From: Desulfobacterales bacterium
GTDB taxonomy: Bacteria; Desulfobacterota; Desulfobacteria; Desulfobacterales; UBA2174
Length of the DNA: 64,000 nt
NCBI GenBank assembly: GCA_963668645.2
Contig: CAXXWC010000001.1
Coordinates: forward strand, 384,001-448,000
Direction of reading: 5' to 3'
Under the pieces are notes generated by a model, which saw only the letters and a list, made by a program, of their open reading frames with translations, made no database searches and was not told the DNA's origin. The stretch's first letter is position 1; each line of letters opens with the position of its first letter. Both the position numbers and the translations under genes were made by a program. Below are positions 1 through 11,114 of this stretch, piece by piece.

Positions 1-97
1 CCTGAGGCACCACCGGCGGCCCCTTGCGGCCGCATCCAACGGCCATGGTGCAGGCCATCGCTGCCATGAGTAGGATCAGCCGGATTCGATATTGCAT
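1..97 (-). CDS. 5' part of a lipoprotein (MQYRIRLILLMAAMACTMAVGCGRKGPPVVPQ...), runs off the window edge
   Basis: Manual translation from ATG at 97: signal peptide, lipobox AVGC, then the GRKGPP motif typical of YifL/LptM-like lipoprotein N-termini; directly downstream of argH. Confidence 0.7.
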   Translation of the reverse strand, partial: MQYRIRLILLMAAMACTMAVGCGRKGPPVVPQ

Positions 98-176
98 GGC
101 CAAGTTCCCTGTTTTTCCCATTACCGGAAGGCGATATGATGAATGTTTTCCTTGATGGTCGAGCAATGCACCGCTT

Positions 177-1577
177 TCAGGACGGCTCCGGCCCCTCTTC
201 CTGGGCCAGACATTCCAGGGCCCTGGCGATGGCCGCTTCGACCTGTTCGGTGGCCGTTCCGCCGTAGGAACGGCGCCGCGCGATCATCTGCTCGGGACTG
301 AGCAGCTCGAAGACCTCCTCCCCGATTCCGGGAGCGAACCTGCGCAGTGCATCGAGGCTCAGCTCGTGCAGCTCTTTGCCCTGGCTCAGGGCATAGGCCA
401 CCGCCTGACCGGTAAAAGCGTGGGCCTTGCGGAAAGGCACACCGCGTACCACGAGGTAGTCGGCCAGGTCCGTGGCGTTGAGAAATCCGCGCGTGCAGGC
501 CTGGCGCATCCGCTCGCTGCGCACCTGGAGCTGGGGCAACATCCGGGCCGTAATCTCCAGGCAGGCCTGAAGGGTATCCACCGTGCGAAACAAGGGCGCC
601 TTGTCTTCCTGCATGTCCCGGTTGTAGGCCAGCGGCAGGCCCTTCATAAGGGTCAAAAGCGCCATCAGATCGCCGAACACCGTGCCGGCCTTGCCCCGAA
701 TCAGCTCGGGAACGTCGGGGTTCTTTTTCTGGGGCATAATGCTCGATCCGGTGGCAAAGGCGTCCGGCAGGTCGATGAAGCCGAACTCGGTGCTGCTCCA
801 CAACACCAATTCCTCGGCCAGGCGCGAAAGGTGGATCATGGCGATGCTGGCCGAGGCTGAGAATTCAAGGATGAAATCCCGATCGCTGACCGCGTCGATA
901 CTGTTGTCCGCGACCCGGGAAAAGCCGAGCAGCTCGGCGGTATAGTGCCGGTCGATGGGATAGGTGGTTCCGGCCAGGGCCGCAGCCCCCAGGGGCATCA
1001 CATCGATTCGTTCCAGCGCATCGGAAAAGCGGTCCTGATCGCGCGAGAACATCTCGTAATAGGCCATCAGGTGATGGGCCAGCAGAACCGGCTGGGCCCG
1101 CTGTAAATGGGTATAGCCGGGCATCACGGTGCCGGTATGGCCGGCGGCCAGTTCCACCATCACCCGGCGCAGCCGACGGAGCTGGGCGATGATCTGGCGG
1201 GTCTCGGCACGCAGGTACATGCGGGCATCCAGGGCCACCTGGTCGTTGCGGCTGCGGGCGGTGTGCAGCTTCTGGGCCACCTTGCCCACGTCCTGCAGCA
1301 GCCTGGACTCGATGTGCATGTGAATATCTTCCAGGCTGTCGGAAAAATCGAACTGCCCGTGCTCGATATCCCGGCGGATGCGCCCCAATCCCTCGATCAA
1401 GGCCGAAGCATCTTCTTCGGTGATGATCTCGGCCCGCGCCAACATCCGGCAATGGGCCACGCTGCCTTCGATATCGAAGGCAAAAAGGCGCCGGTCCACG
1501 GCATGCGAGCTGGTAAAGGCTTCCACCACGCGATCGGTTTTCTCGGTAAAACGGCCTTCCCAGGGCTTTTCGCTCAT
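177..1577 (-). CDS. argH: argininosuccinate lyase
   Basis: WEGRF N-terminus, HTARSRNDQV, PGYTHLQRAQP and GSSIMPQKKNPD signatures. Confidence 0.98.
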   Translation of the reverse strand: MSEKPWEGRFTEKTDRVVEAFTSSHAVDRRLFAFDIEGSVAHCRMLARAEIITEEDASALIEGLGRIRRDIEHGQFDFSDSLEDIHMHIESRLLQDVGKVAQKLHTARSRNDQVALDARMYLRAETRQIIAQLRRLRRVMVELAAGHTGTVMPGYTHLQRAQPVLLAHHLMAYYEMFSRDQDRFSDALERIDVMPLGAAALAGTTYPIDRHYTAELLGFSRVADNSIDAVSDRDFILEFSASASIAMIHLSRLAEELVLWSSTEFGFIDLPDAFATGSSIMPQKKNPDVPELIRGKAGTVFGDLMALLTLMKGLPLAYNRDMQEDKAPLFRTVDTLQACLEITARMLPQLQVRSERMRQACTRGFLNATDLADYLVVRGVPFRKAHAFTGQAVAYALSQGKELHELSLDALRRFAPGIGEEVFELLSPEQMIARRRSYGGTATEQVEAAIARALECLAQEEGPEPS

Positions 1578-1681
1578 GTCGGTCTCACTGATGCAATTGT
1601 CAAATCTGCAAAGTCGGTCGGATCAGGCCGACCGGTCCGATCCGTCTGATCCGTCCGATAAATGGTCCCTTCCGCCTGCGC

Positions 1682-2890
1682 TTATCCCTGCACCATCTTG
1701 GCGATTCTCAACCTCAGGGCGTTAAGGCGGATGAAGCCCTCGGCATCCTTCTGGCGATAGACCTCGTCGGTCTCGAAGGTGGCGAAATCCTCACGGTAAA
1801 GGCTCAGATCGCTCTTGCGGCCGTTCACGCGGCAGTTGCCCTTGAACAGCTCCAGGCGCACCACTCCCGAAACGTTGGCCTGGGTCTGATCGATCAGCCC
1901 CTGGAGCAGTTTCATCTCGGGCGAAAACCAGAATCCGTTATAGATCAGCTGGCTGTACTTGGGAATGAGGCTGTCACGCAGGTGCATCACTTCCCGGTCC
2001 AAAGTGATGGACTCCATGGCCATGTGGGCCGCCCTCAGGATGGTGCCGCCCGGTGTTTCGTACACCCCGCGGGATTTCATCCCCACAAAGCGGTTTTCCA
2101 CCAGGTCGACCCGCCCGATCCCGTGCAGGCCGCCGAGCCGGTTCAGCTCGGCGAGCATGGCCGCAGGCGACAGCGGCCGCCCGTCAAGGGCCACCGGGTT
2201 TCCCTGGGCAAAGGTCAGTTCGATGGTTTCGGGCTTCTCGGGGGCCTGCTCCAGGTTGCAAGTGCGCACAAACATATCGGGGTCGGGTGCCATCCAGGGG
2301 TCTTCCAGGATTCCGCCCTCGAAGCTGATATGCAGCAGGTTGGCGTCTGTGCTGTACGGCTTTTTACGGGTCGTGGGGACCGCGATTCCGTGCCGGCGGG
2401 CAAATTCCATCAGGGCGGTGCGCGAGCTAAGATCCCATTCGCGCCAGGGGGCGATGATGCGGATCTTGGGATCGATGGCCAGATAGGCCAGTTCGAAACG
2501 GACCTGATCGTTGCCCTTGCCCGTGGCGCCGTGGCTGACGGCGTCGGCGCCTTCGGCTGCGGCGATCTCCATCTGGCGCTTTGCAATCAGGGGCCGGGCA
2601 ATGGACGTGCCCAGCAGATACTGCCCTTCGTAAATGGCGTTGGCCCTGAAAGCGGGAAAAACATAGTCGCGCACGAAAGTCTCTTTCAGGTCTTCGATGT
2701 AGACCTTGGCGGCGCCGGTCTTGCGGGCGTTGGCCTCGATGTCCGCCAGCACGTCTGGCTGACCGATGTCGGCCGAGAAGGTGACCACCTCACAACCGTA
2801 GGTTTCGATGAGCCACTTGAGGATCACGCTGGTATCCAGACCGCCGCTGTAAGCTAAAACGACCTTATCGACTTTTGGTTTTGTGTCCAC
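1682..2890 (-). CDS. argG: argininosuccinate synthase
   Basis: [36 protein letters not shown]. Confidence 0.98.
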   Translation of the reverse strand: MDTKPKVDKVVLAYSGGLDTSVILKWLIETYGCEVVTFSADIGQPDVLADIEANARKTGAAKVYIEDLKETFVRDYVFPAFRANAIYEGQYLLGTSIARPLIAKRQMEIAAAEGADAVSHGATGKGNDQVRFELAYLAIDPKIRIIAPWREWDLSSRTALMEFARRHGIAVPTTRKKPYSTDANLLHISFEGGILEDPWMAPDPDMFVRTCNLEQAPEKPETIELTFAQGNPVALDGRPLSPAAMLAELNRLGGLHGIGRVDLVENRFVGMKSRGVYETPGGTILRAAHMAMESITLDREVMHLRDSLIPKYSQLIYNGFWFSPEMKLLQGLIDQTQANVSGVVRLELFKGNCRVNGRKSDLSLYREDFATFETDEVYRQKDAEGFIRLNALRLRIAKMVQG

Positions 2891-2973
2891 GTTGCGAAAC
2901 TCCTGAAAAAATTTATAAATTGAAGGTCCGAAACGGTATTCCCCTCCGGGCCATGGCCGCTTTTATACCCTGC

Positions 2974-4155
2974 TCAGGGCAGGACAATGTCAAGACATTC
3001 GATCAGGGCATCGATCTCAGTGCTGGTCACGATCAGTGGCGGAGCAAAACGCAGCACCGTATCCTGGATGCAGTTGATCAAAAATCCTTTTTCCAGGCAG
3101 GCATTGACGACGGGCGCGCCCTCGATGTCCAGCTCCAACCCGAGGAGCAGGCCCCGGCCGCGCACCTCGCGGACGCACCCATGCCGTTGCCCCAACCCCT
3201 CCAAGCCCTGTTTGAAATGGGCCCCCATCTGCCGGCAGTGTTCCACAATCCCCTCACCTTCCAGGGTCCGGACTGCCGCCAGAGCCGCGGCCGTGACCAG
3301 AGGCGTGCCGCCGAAGGTCGTGGCGTGGGATCCGGGGGTGAAGGCTGCGGCCACCGCCTGCCGGGCGCACATGGCGCCGATGGGCAGCCCGTTGGCCAGA
3401 GCCTTGGCCAGGGTCATGATATCCGGTGCGATGCCCTCGTGTTCGTAAGCGAAAAGGGTTCCGGTGCGGCCCATGCCGGTCTGGATCTCGTCGTAAATCA
3501 GCAACGCGCCGGCCGCATCGCAGATCTCGCGCACCCCGGCCAGGTATCCCGGCGGCGGGCAGTGGACCCCGCCCTCGCCCTGGACCGGCTCGAGAATCAC
3601 GGCACAGGTGTCGCTTCCCACCGCGGCCCGCAGCGCGTCAAGATCGCCGAAGGGCACGAAATCGAATTTTTCCAGCACCGGGGCGAATCCCTTGCGGATC
3701 TTTTCCTGGCCGGTGGCCGAAAGGGTCCCCATGGTACGCCCGTGAAAGGACTGTTCCATGGCCACAACCCGAAAGCGCCCGGACTCCTGGCGATCGTTGA
3801 AGTATTTTCGCGCCAGTTTGATGGCCGCTTCGTTGGCTTCAGCGCCGGAGTTGCAGAAAAAAACCCGGTCGGCGAAGCTGTGGTCCACCAGCCAGCTAGC
3901 CAGTTCCACCTGGGGCACGGTGTAGTAGAGATTGGACACGTGGCACAGGGTCCCGGCTTGCCGGCAGACGGCCTCAGTCACCGCCGGATGGCAGTGGCCC
4001 AGGCTGCACACGGCGATGCCGGCGATAAAGTCGGTGTAAGACCGGTCCTGGTCGTCCCAGACGGTGCAGCCCTGGCCGCGGGTCAGGACCACTGGAAACC
4101 GTTTGTAGGTCGTGGCCAAAACGGTTTCGGCCTGATGCATGAGATCGTTTTTCAT
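2974..4155 (-). CDS. argD: acetylornithine aminotransferase
   Basis: Start trimmed to MKNDLMHQ (overlaps the argB stop); [41 protein letters not shown]. Confidence 0.95.
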   Translation of the reverse strand: MKNDLMHQAETVLATTYKRFPVVLTRGQGCTVWDDQDRSYTDFIAGIAVCSLGHCHPAVTEAVCRQAGTLCHVSNLYYTVPQVELASWLVDHSFADRVFFCNSGAEANEAAIKLARKYFNDRQESGRFRVVAMEQSFHGRTMGTLSATGQEKIRKGFAPVLEKFDFVPFGDLDALRAAVGSDTCAVILEPVQGEGGVHCPPPGYLAGVREICDAAGALLIYDEIQTGMGRTGTLFAYEHEGIAPDIMTLAKALANGLPIGAMCARQAVAAAFTPGSHATTFGGTPLVTAAALAAVRTLEGEGIVEHCRQMGAHFKQGLEGLGQRHGCVREVRGRGLLLGLELDIEGAPVVNACLEKGFLINCIQDTVLRFAPPLIVTSTEIDALIECLDIVLP

Positions 4156-5027
4156 AAGGTCACTTCCGTTCCGATACCGCTGTCGGTAAACAGTTCGAGC
4201 AAAATGGCATGGCGCCGTCGTCCGTTTATGATCGGCACCTTCTGGACGCCTCCGCGAAGGGCCGCCAGAGCACACTCGATCTTGGGGATCATCCCCCCGC
4301 TGATATGGCCGCTTTCGATCATCCGTTCGATGGTGTCCCGGTCGATGGAGGAGATCAACTCGCCATCTGCACCCTTGACCCCGTCCACATCCGTAATCAG
4401 GATCAGCCGGCCGGCATCCAGCGCCGTTGCGATGCGCCCGGCCACCAGGTCGGCATTGATGTTGTATGTTTCGCCGGCCTCGCCCACCCCCACCGGGGCG
4501 ATAACCGGAATGTACCCCTGGCGCGTGAGGGTGCTGATGATGTCCGGATCGATGGCGGTCACGTCTCCCACCAGTCCCGGATCGATGATCTCGGGCGGCA
4601 TCCCGGCCTCGGTCTGGCGCACGATGCGCATCTTCTTGGCCTGGATCAGCCCCCCGTCCTTGCCGCAAAGTCCCACCGCCCTGCCGCCCTGCTGGTTGAT
4701 CTGGTTGACGATGGCCTTGTTGACCTTGCCGCCCAGCACCATCTCCACCACATCCATGGTGGCCTCGTCGGTCAGGCGCATGCCGCGCACGAACTGGGGC
4801 TGGATCCCCATGCGGTCCAGGACCTGGTTTATCTGAGGCCCCCCCCCGTGCACGATCACCGGGTTGAGCCCCACGAACTTGAGCAGGGTCACGTCCTGGG
4901 CGAAATCGGCCTTGAGCTGCTCGTCCACCATGGCATGGCCGCCATACTTGATCACGATGGTCATGCCATGAAAACGGCGAATGTAAGGCAGGGCCTCGAT
5001 GAGGATGTCGGCAACGTTGGGGGTCAT
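4152..5027 (-). CDS. argB: acetylglutamate kinase
   Basis: Start at [45 protein letters not shown]. Confidence 0.97.
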   Translation of the reverse strand: MTPNVADILIEALPYIRRFHGMTIVIKYGGHAMVDEQLKADFAQDVTLLKFVGLNPVIVHGGGPQINQVLDRMGIQPQFVRGMRLTDEATMDVVEMVLGGKVNKAIVNQINQQGGRAVGLCGKDGGLIQAKKMRIVRQTEAGMPPEIIDPGLVGDVTAIDPDIISTLTRQGYIPVIAPVGVGEAGETYNINADLVAGRIATALDAGRLILITDVDGVKGADGELISSIDRDTIERMIESGHISGGMIPKIECALAALRGGVQKVPIINGRRRHAILLELFTDSGIGTEVTL

Positions 5028-5109
5028 GACGGCGGTTCCGGCTCTCAAGGATTGAAGCGTTCGGACGGATCCGACCGATCGTTTCAATCGGTTCAGGGTC
5101 AAGGCAGTT

Positions 5110-6444
5110 TCAAAGAATGTAGCGACTCAGGTCCTCATCCTGCTGGATCTTGCCCAGTTTCTGCTCCACATAGTCCCGGTCGACGAAGACCTCCCGGCCC
5201 TCCAAATCCGGAGCGTCGAAGAGCACCTCTTCCAGCATGCATTCCATCAGGGTATGCAAGCGCCGGGCACCGATATCGTCCGTGGCCTGGTTGACCTCTT
5301 CGGCGATGCGCGCCAGGGCTTCCACCGCCGTATCGTCGAAATGCACTGCGACCCCCTCGGTGGCCAGCAGGGCCGCGTATTGGCGCAGCAGGGCGTTGCG
5401 CGGCTCGGTGAGGATGCGGGCGAATTCCGCCCGCCCCAGTGAATCGAGTTCCACCCGGATCGGAAAACGGCCCTGCAATTCCGGAATCAGATCCGAGGGC
5501 TTGATGGCATGAAAGGCCCCCGAGGCGATAAAGAGGATATGGTCGGTGCGCACCGGGCCGTACTTGGTGGTAACCGTGCTGCCCTCCACCAGGGGCAGCA
5601 GATCGCGCTGGACTCCTTCGCGGCTCACGTCCGGTCCGGTGCCGCCGTTCTTGCCGACGATCTTGTCGATCTCGTCGAGAAAGACGATTCCGGACTGTTC
5701 GACCTTTTCTTTGGCCTCGGCCACCACCTGGTCCATATCCACCAGCCCCTGGGCCGCTTCCTGGGTAAGCAGGTCCAGGGCCTCGGCCACCGTCACCCGC
5801 CGGCGGCGCGTCTTTTTGGGCATCAGATTGCCGAGCATGTCCTTGAAGTTGATGCCCAGCTCCTCCATGCCGGCGTTGGAAAAGATTTCCACCATGGGGG
5901 TCTTGTTTTCGCTGGTTTCCAGCTCGATGGTGCGCGCGTCCAGCTTTCCTTCGTGCAGCATGCGGCGCAGCTTTTCACGGGTGGCACTGTTGTCTTCGAG
6001 GGCCTCAACGCGACCGTCGCTCGATCCGCCACCGGGCAGCAACAGGTCCAGGAGCCGCTCCTCGGCCTGGACCCGGGCCTTTTCCTGCACCGCGGCCTGC
6101 TGCCGCGTTTTGCCTTCGGCAACGGTCAGTTCGACCAGATCGCGCACCATCGACTCCACGTCGCGGCCCACATAGCCGACCTCGGTGAATTTGGAGGCTT
6201 CCACCTTGATCAACGGCGAATCGGTAAGCCGGCTGAGACGCCGGGCGATTTCGGTCTTGCCCACCCCGGTGGGGCCGATGAGAATGATGTTTTTCGGGGC
6301 GATCTCGTCGCGCAGCTCATCGGAAACCTGGCGCCGGCGCCACCGATTGCGCAGGGCGATGGCCACCGAGCGTTTGGCCCGATCCTGGCCGATGATGTAG
6401 CGGTCCAGTTCGCGCACGATTTCCGATGGTTTCAGGTCGCTCAT
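5110..6444 (-). CDS. hslU: ATP-dependent protease ATPase subunit HslU
   Basis: [45 protein letters not shown]-terminal DLSRYIL. Confidence 0.98.
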   Translation of the reverse strand: MSDLKPSEIVRELDRYIIGQDRAKRSVAIALRNRWRRRQVSDELRDEIAPKNIILIGPTGVGKTEIARRLSRLTDSPLIKVEASKFTEVGYVGRDVESMVRDLVELTVAEGKTRQQAAVQEKARVQAEERLLDLLLPGGGSSDGRVEALEDNSATREKLRRMLHEGKLDARTIELETSENKTPMVEIFSNAGMEELGINFKDMLGNLMPKKTRRRRVTVAEALDLLTQEAAQGLVDMDQVVAEAKEKVEQSGIVFLDEIDKIVGKNGGTGPDVSREGVQRDLLPLVEGSTVTTKYGPVRTDHILFIASGAFHAIKPSDLIPELQGRFPIRVELDSLGRAEFARILTEPRNALLRQYAALLATEGVAVHFDDTAVEALARIAEEVNQATDDIGARRLHTLMECMLEEVLFDAPDLEGREVFVDRDYVEQKLGKIQQDEDLSRYIL

Positions 6445-6484
6445 CTTACCATCTCACATCTGGGATCATTGCCGGCCAAAGCCC

Positions 6485-7030
6485 TTACAGTTCCTCAATG
6501 GTGACATTGGCATTGGTGTAGATGCAAATCCCGGCCGCCACGGCCATGGCCGCCTCGACCACTTCCCTGGCCCCCATCCCGGTGTGCGCCAGCAAGGCTT
6601 CGGCGGCGGCCTGGGCCGCCGTGGCCCCCGATCCGATGGCCAGCACCGGGGTGTCCGGTTCGATCACGTCTCCGTTGCCCGAGACCAGCAGGATACGTTC
6701 GTTGTCGGCGGCGATCATCAGCGCCTCGAGGCGCCGTAAAAATTTATCGCTGCGCCAGTCGCGGGCCAGCTCCACCGCGGCCCGGACCAGATTGCCGTTG
6801 AAACGCTCCAGCTTGGCCTCAAGCCGCTCGGAAAGGTTCAGGGCATCGGCCGTCGCTCCGGCAAAACCCACGATGATCTGTTCATTGTAGATCCGGCGCA
6901 CCTTTCTCGCCCGCTGTTTGACCACTGTGTTGTTCAGCGTCACCTGCCCGTCGCCGGCCACGGCCAGCTTGCCGGCGCGGCGCACGGCCAGGATCGTGGT
7001 ACTGCGGACCTGAATGGAACCTGGGTTCAT
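6485..7030 (-). CDS. hslV: ATP-dependent protease peptidase subunit HslV
   Basis: STTILAVRR (catalytic Thr), AGDGQVT, GFAGATADA, ICIYTN. Confidence 0.97.
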   Translation of the reverse strand: MNPGSIQVRSTTILAVRRAGKLAVAGDGQVTLNNTVVKQRARKVRRIYNEQIIVGFAGATADALNLSERLEAKLERFNGNLVRAAVELARDWRSDKFLRRLEALMIAADNERILLVSGNGDVIEPDTPVLAIGSGATAAQAAAEALLAHTGMGAREVVEAAMAVAAGICIYTNANVTIEEL

Positions 7031-7111
7031 CTTTGATGGCCTTTTAGATCCAACATCATTGTCGAATTCAGAACACCTCCACCGGCCTGCCGCTGCCCTG
7101 CCGCTTGCCGC

Positions 7112-8038
7112 CTAACGCCGTGGATGGGCCTTGTCATAACTTTCCATCAGCCGATCGATGCTCACATGGGTGTACTTCTGGGTCGTGGACAGGTTGCGGT
7201 GTCCGAGCAGTTCCTGCACGGCCCTCAGATCGGCGCCTGCATCCAGCAGATGGGTGGCGAAGGAATGGCGCAGGGCGTGAGGCGAAATGGGCACCGCCAG
7301 AGCACACTGCCGCACCAATCCATCCAAAATTCGCTGGATGCTGCGGGGCGTCAGACGCCCCCCATCGCGGTTGAGAAACAAGGGGCCGTCGGGGCGCGCA
7401 TCCCGGGGAACCTCGGTCTGCCATCGCCGCAGGTAGCGGTCGATGGCGCCGAGGGCCTGCCGCCCGATGGGTACGATGCGTTCCTTGGCCCCCTTGCCGG
7501 TCACCCGCACCAACCCGGCGCCCTCATCCACATGGCCTTGATCCAGCCCGGTCAGTTCCGAGACCCGCAGGCCGCAGGAATAGAGCGTCTCGAAAATCGC
7601 CCGGTTGCGAAGGTCAAAGCGGGTGCGCTGCCCGATCCCGTCCAAAAGCCGGAATGTGTCGTCCACCGTCAAATAGGCCGGCACCGGCCGCGCCTGCTTG
7701 GGCGTGAGCACCATGTCGGCCGGATTGATGGCAACCCGGCCATCTCTGACCATCAGACGGTAAAAGGATCTCAGCGCCGCCAGCTTGCGTGCCAGGGTCG
7801 TCTTGGCGTTGCGCTTCTGATAAAGCGATCCGAGATAGGCCCGAATGGTGACCACATCTATGGCCGCAGGATCGATGGACGCCGGATCGGCCACCCCCAG
7901 ATAAGCGGCGCAAAAGGCCACAAACCCCTCCAGGTCGCTGCGGTAAGCCTTGCAGGTATGGGATGAAAATCCCTTTTCAGCCGCCAGGGTCTGGATGAAC
8001 CCTTCGATGGCCTCCGGCAAGGTGGCCGCAGCGCTCAT
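7112..8038 (-). CDS. xerC: tyrosine recombinase XerC
   Basis: LYSCGLRVSEL, GKGAKERIVP, SPHALRHSFATHLL, LLGH..LSTTQKYTH, YDKAHPR; conserved xerC-hslVU order; start taken at MSAAATL. Confidence 0.92.
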   Translation of the reverse strand: MSAAATLPEAIEGFIQTLAAEKGFSSHTCKAYRSDLEGFVAFCAAYLGVADPASIDPAAIDVVTIRAYLGSLYQKRNAKTTLARKLAALRSFYRLMVRDGRVAINPADMVLTPKQARPVPAYLTVDDTFRLLDGIGQRTRFDLRNRAIFETLYSCGLRVSELTGLDQGHVDEGAGLVRVTGKGAKERIVPIGRQALGAIDRYLRRWQTEVPRDARPDGPLFLNRDGGRLTPRSIQRILDGLVRQCALAVPISPHALRHSFATHLLDAGADLRAVQELLGHRNLSTTQKYTHVSIDRLMESYDKAHPRR

Positions 8039-8640
8039 GCCAACCCCATCAGCCCCGCCAGTTCGGGCCATGATCCAACCTCCAGAAAGGGATGGGGCTG
8101 GCGATTCCACGGCTGGCGATAAACGATGGGTGTAATCCCCCCCCGGGCAAGGTCGAAACAGGTCTCGAGCCGGTCCTCCACAAAGACGGTCTTGCCGTGT
8201 TCGAGCAGCACCTCCAGCTTGGTGTCGAAATCCCCGGTGGCAATCACCCGAATACCGTTATGCCCCTTTTGCAGCACCCCGGCAATCCAGGGCTCGATGA
8301 AATTCGGGTCCGGCCGGGCCGTGACAAAAAGGACCGGACCGCAAGAGCGGCTGATACGCGAAACGACTTCCGCAGCGCCTTCCATAGGGCACAGCGGCTC
8401 GCGGTGGCTGCCGTCGAGGATTTGCGCGATGGCCCCGGAAAGCACCTCCGGCGCCAGATCGAGGCATTCGTCCAGGGCGTAGGAAGTGATATCCTCATAG
8501 CGCAGATCAACATGCCGGAAATCATCGCGCACGATCTGAACGAAAAGCCGCATCGTGTCGGCAAAGACCCCGTCGATATCGAAGGCTATATTGGCCGGAT
8601 CAATCCTTGGGGCCGGTATCCGGTCCGATTCGCACCTCAC
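8035..8640 (-). CDS. HAD-superfamily hydrolase, 5'(3')-nucleotidase-like
   Basis: IAFDIDGVFAD (DxD), FVTAR, FVEDR, QPWN motifs. Confidence 0.8.
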   Translation of the reverse strand: MRCESDRIPAPRIDPANIAFDIDGVFADTMRLFVQIVRDDFRHVDLRYEDITSYALDECLDLAPEVLSGAIAQILDGSHREPLCPMEGAAEVVSRISRSCGPVLFVTARPDPNFIEPWIAGVLQKGHNGIRVIATGDFDTKLEVLLEHGKTVFVEDRLETCFDLARGGITPIVYRQPWNRQPHPFLEVGSWPELAGLMGLA

Positions 8641-8644
8641 CGGA

Positions 8645-8971
8645 TCACGCCACCCGGCGGGTTTTTTTCTTCAGCCGGCCGATACGCCGACGCAGGATTT
8701 GGGCTTGGCGCGTCTCGTCCTGGGACAAGGCGGTCTCCTGCTGGCTCCGCAGGGCGCGGATCTTCTGCTTGAGCTCGCGCACCGAGCCGTTCTTTTTTTG
8801 AGGGTTGTCGTCCACGATGCCGCGGGCCTTTTTGACCGCGCCGATCAGTTCGAGCTTATTCATGCCGTGGACCCCGGTAATTCCCTCGATCCCTTTGGCC
8901 AAATCGCGCAATTCGGTGGCCGTCATTTTTCCCAGCGGTTTTTCCTTGGTTTCCTTCTTCTTGCTGCCCAT
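8645..8971 (-). CDS. small basic protein with Rho termination factor N-terminal-like domain
   Basis: LGKMTATELRDLAK..GITGVHGMNKLELI pattern plus Lys/Arg-rich coiled coil; AGGAG RBS upstream. Confidence 0.7.
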   Translation of the reverse strand: MGSKKKETKEKPLGKMTATELRDLAKGIEGITGVHGMNKLELIGAVKKARGIVDDNPQKKNGSVRELKQKIRALRSQQETALSQDETRQAQILRRRIGRLKKKTRRVA

Positions 8972-9059
8972 GGCGGATGGCAACTCCTTTTGGTTAAAAG
9001 TTCCCGTTTCCTGAAAAATCTTTCTTATATGCTCGACCGGACTTCATTGTCAAAGGATT

Positions 9060-9821
9060 TCAGTCGTTATTCGAAACAGGCAGGCCATGGTCCGGTACCG
9101 GGGCCAGAGCCGCCATCAACTGCTGCACGTCCTGCCACACGGCGCGCTTCTTTTCCGGATAGCGCAACAGATAGGCAGGATGATAGGTGGGCATGAGCCG
9201 GATCCCGCGGTAATCCTGAAAACGTCCCCGCAACCGCCCGAGAGGGTCTTCTGTCTCAAGCAGGGCCTGGGCCGCCACGGCGCCCAGGGTACAGATGTAC
9301 CGTGGACCGATCGCTTCAATCTGGCGCCTTAAAAAAGGCAGGCAGGCGCCGATTTCATCCGGCTCCGGATTGCGGTTGCCCGGCGGCCGGCATTTGATCA
9401 CGTTGCAGATGTAGACCGCTTCTCGCTTGAGCCCCATGGCCTCGATGATGCGCGTCAGCAGCTGCCCGGCGGCGCCTACGAAGGGAACGCCCTGGCGGTC
9501 CTCCTCCTCTCCGGGGCCTTCTCCGACGAAAACAAGGTCAGCCCGCGGATCGCCCTGCCCGAAAACGATGTGTCGCCGCTGGTGGCACAGCTTGCAGCGC
9601 CGGCAATCGCCCAGATCGGCGGAGATTTGTTCCAGCTTCTCTTTGGGGCGGGATGGCGGCCGGCTCCAGGCGTCGAGCCGCTCCATGGTCTGGGGGGCAC
9701 ACTCGAAACCACCCCACCCGCTTGCGGCCAGATGCCGGAGGCTGCGTTGAATTTCGCCGATCAGATCCTGTGGGCGCTCAGGATCCGAAATCACCGGCGG
9801 GCCGGTATGGTCGTCTGGCAT
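9060..9821 (-). CDS. uracil-DNA glycosylase, family 4 (4Fe-4S)
   Basis: CRRCKLC, VFVGEGPG, GVPFVG, NVIKCRPPGNRNP, TYHPAYLLR; start approximate. Confidence 0.93.
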   Translation of the reverse strand: MPDDHTGPPVISDPERPQDLIGEIQRSLRHLAASGWGGFECAPQTMERLDAWSRPPSRPKEKLEQISADLGDCRRCKLCHQRRHIVFGQGDPRADLVFVGEGPGEEEDRQGVPFVGAAGQLLTRIIEAMGLKREAVYICNVIKCRPPGNRNPEPDEIGACLPFLRRQIEAIGPRYICTLGAVAAQALLETEDPLGRLRGRFQDYRGIRLMPTYHPAYLLRYPEKKRAVWQDVQQLMAALAPVPDHGLPVSNND

Positions 9822-9843
9822 TGAGGGCACTCGGGTTCGGATT

Positions 9844-11049
9844 TCACAACCCGCCGATTTGAACAACACGGTCCAAGATGGCGTGAGCCAGGGCTCCCTT
9901 GTCCATGCCCGGCAAATCTTCGCGCCGGCCATCGGGATAGAAAAGAGAGACGGTATTGGTCCGGCTGCCGAATCCGGCTCCGGGTTGCCCGACGAGGTTG
10001 GCCACGATCAAATCGAGTCTTTTCTCCTTGATCTTGGCGGTCGCATAGGTCTCCAGATTGCGGGTCTCGGCGGCAAACCCGACCAGAATCTGGGCCGGTC
10101 GCTTGCGCCGGCCCAGTTCAAGCAGGATGTCGGGATTGCGCGTCAGGGTCAGGACGGTGTCTTCGCCACCTTTCTTGATTTTGTGTTCGGCTGCCGTCAC
10201 CGGACGATAATCGGAAACAGCGGCGGTCTTGACCACGATTTCGGCCCGCTCGGCCCAGTCGAGCACCGCCTCGGCCATCTGGCGGGCCGTGGTGACGCGC
10301 ACCGTGGTGACGTTGGGCGGATCGGGCAAATGACTCGGGCCGCTGACCAGGATCACCCGAGCGCCGCGGTATTCCGCGGCCCGGGCCACGGCAAAGCCCA
10401 TGCGCCCGGAGGACGGATTGGTCAGAAAGCGGACCGGGTCGAGGGGCTCATGGGTCGGGCCGGCCGTGACGAGAACCTGACGGCCGGCCAGGTCCTTGGG
10501 GCTGAGCATGGCCAGCAGGCGATCGAAAATAATTTCCGGATCCGGAAGCCTTCCCGGACCGCTGTCGCCGCAGGCCAAAACTCCCTCGTCCGGCGCCAGC
10601 ACGGTATGCCCGTCGGCCGCAATCTGCATCAGGTTGCGCTGGACCGCCGGATGCTGAAACATATGGGTGTTCATGGCCGGGCAGACCATCACCGGGCAGG
10701 TCACGGCCAGTAGCAGCGTGCTCAGGGCGTCGTCGGCGATTGCGCCGGCCAGCTTGCCCACCAGGTTGGCTGTGGCCGGAGCCACCACCACGGCATCGGC
10801 CTCCCGGGCCCATTCGATATGGCGTATGACCGCTTCCTGGCGGCCGTCGAAAAGATCCACACAGACCGGCTCGCCCGCCAGCGCGGCGAAAGTGGTGGTG
10901 CCGACAAAGCGGGTGGCGTTGGCGGTCATGATCACCCGCACCCGGGCGCCGGCAACGCGCATCAGGCGCAGCAGCTCGACGCTTTTATAAGCGGCGATGC
11001 CGCCGGTAACCCCCAAAACGATGGTCTTGGCTTCAAGCGACGGAGTCAT
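9844..11049 (-). CDS. coaBC: phosphopantothenoylcysteine decarboxylase / ligase
   Basis: GVTGGIAAYKS, PATAN, PAMN, TAGPTHEPLDPVRFLTNPSSGRMG, GFAAET. Confidence 0.97.
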   Translation of the reverse strand: MTPSLEAKTIVLGVTGGIAAYKSVELLRLMRVAGARVRVIMTANATRFVGTTTFAALAGEPVCVDLFDGRQEAVIRHIEWAREADAVVVAPATANLVGKLAGAIADDALSTLLLAVTCPVMVCPAMNTHMFQHPAVQRNLMQIAADGHTVLAPDEGVLACGDSGPGRLPDPEIIFDRLLAMLSPKDLAGRQVLVTAGPTHEPLDPVRFLTNPSSGRMGFAVARAAEYRGARVILVSGPSHLPDPPNVTTVRVTTARQMAEAVLDWAERAEIVVKTAAVSDYRPVTAAEHKIKKGGEDTVLTLTRNPDILLELGRRKRPAQILVGFAAETRNLETYATAKIKEKRLDLIVANLVGQPGAGFGSRTNTVSLFYPDGRREDLPGMDKGALAHAILDRVVQIGGL

Positions 11050-11114
11050 TCAGATCCTTTCCAAACGGGCACTGCTGCCGCTGAACTGGCTTTGCCCGGA
11101 CCGACCGGCGGCAG

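Noticed and set aside
7112..8038. Tyrosine recombinase as a prophage or island integrase
   Set aside because: XerC-type motifs and the conserved xerC-hslVU context; no att sites or mobile cargo seen
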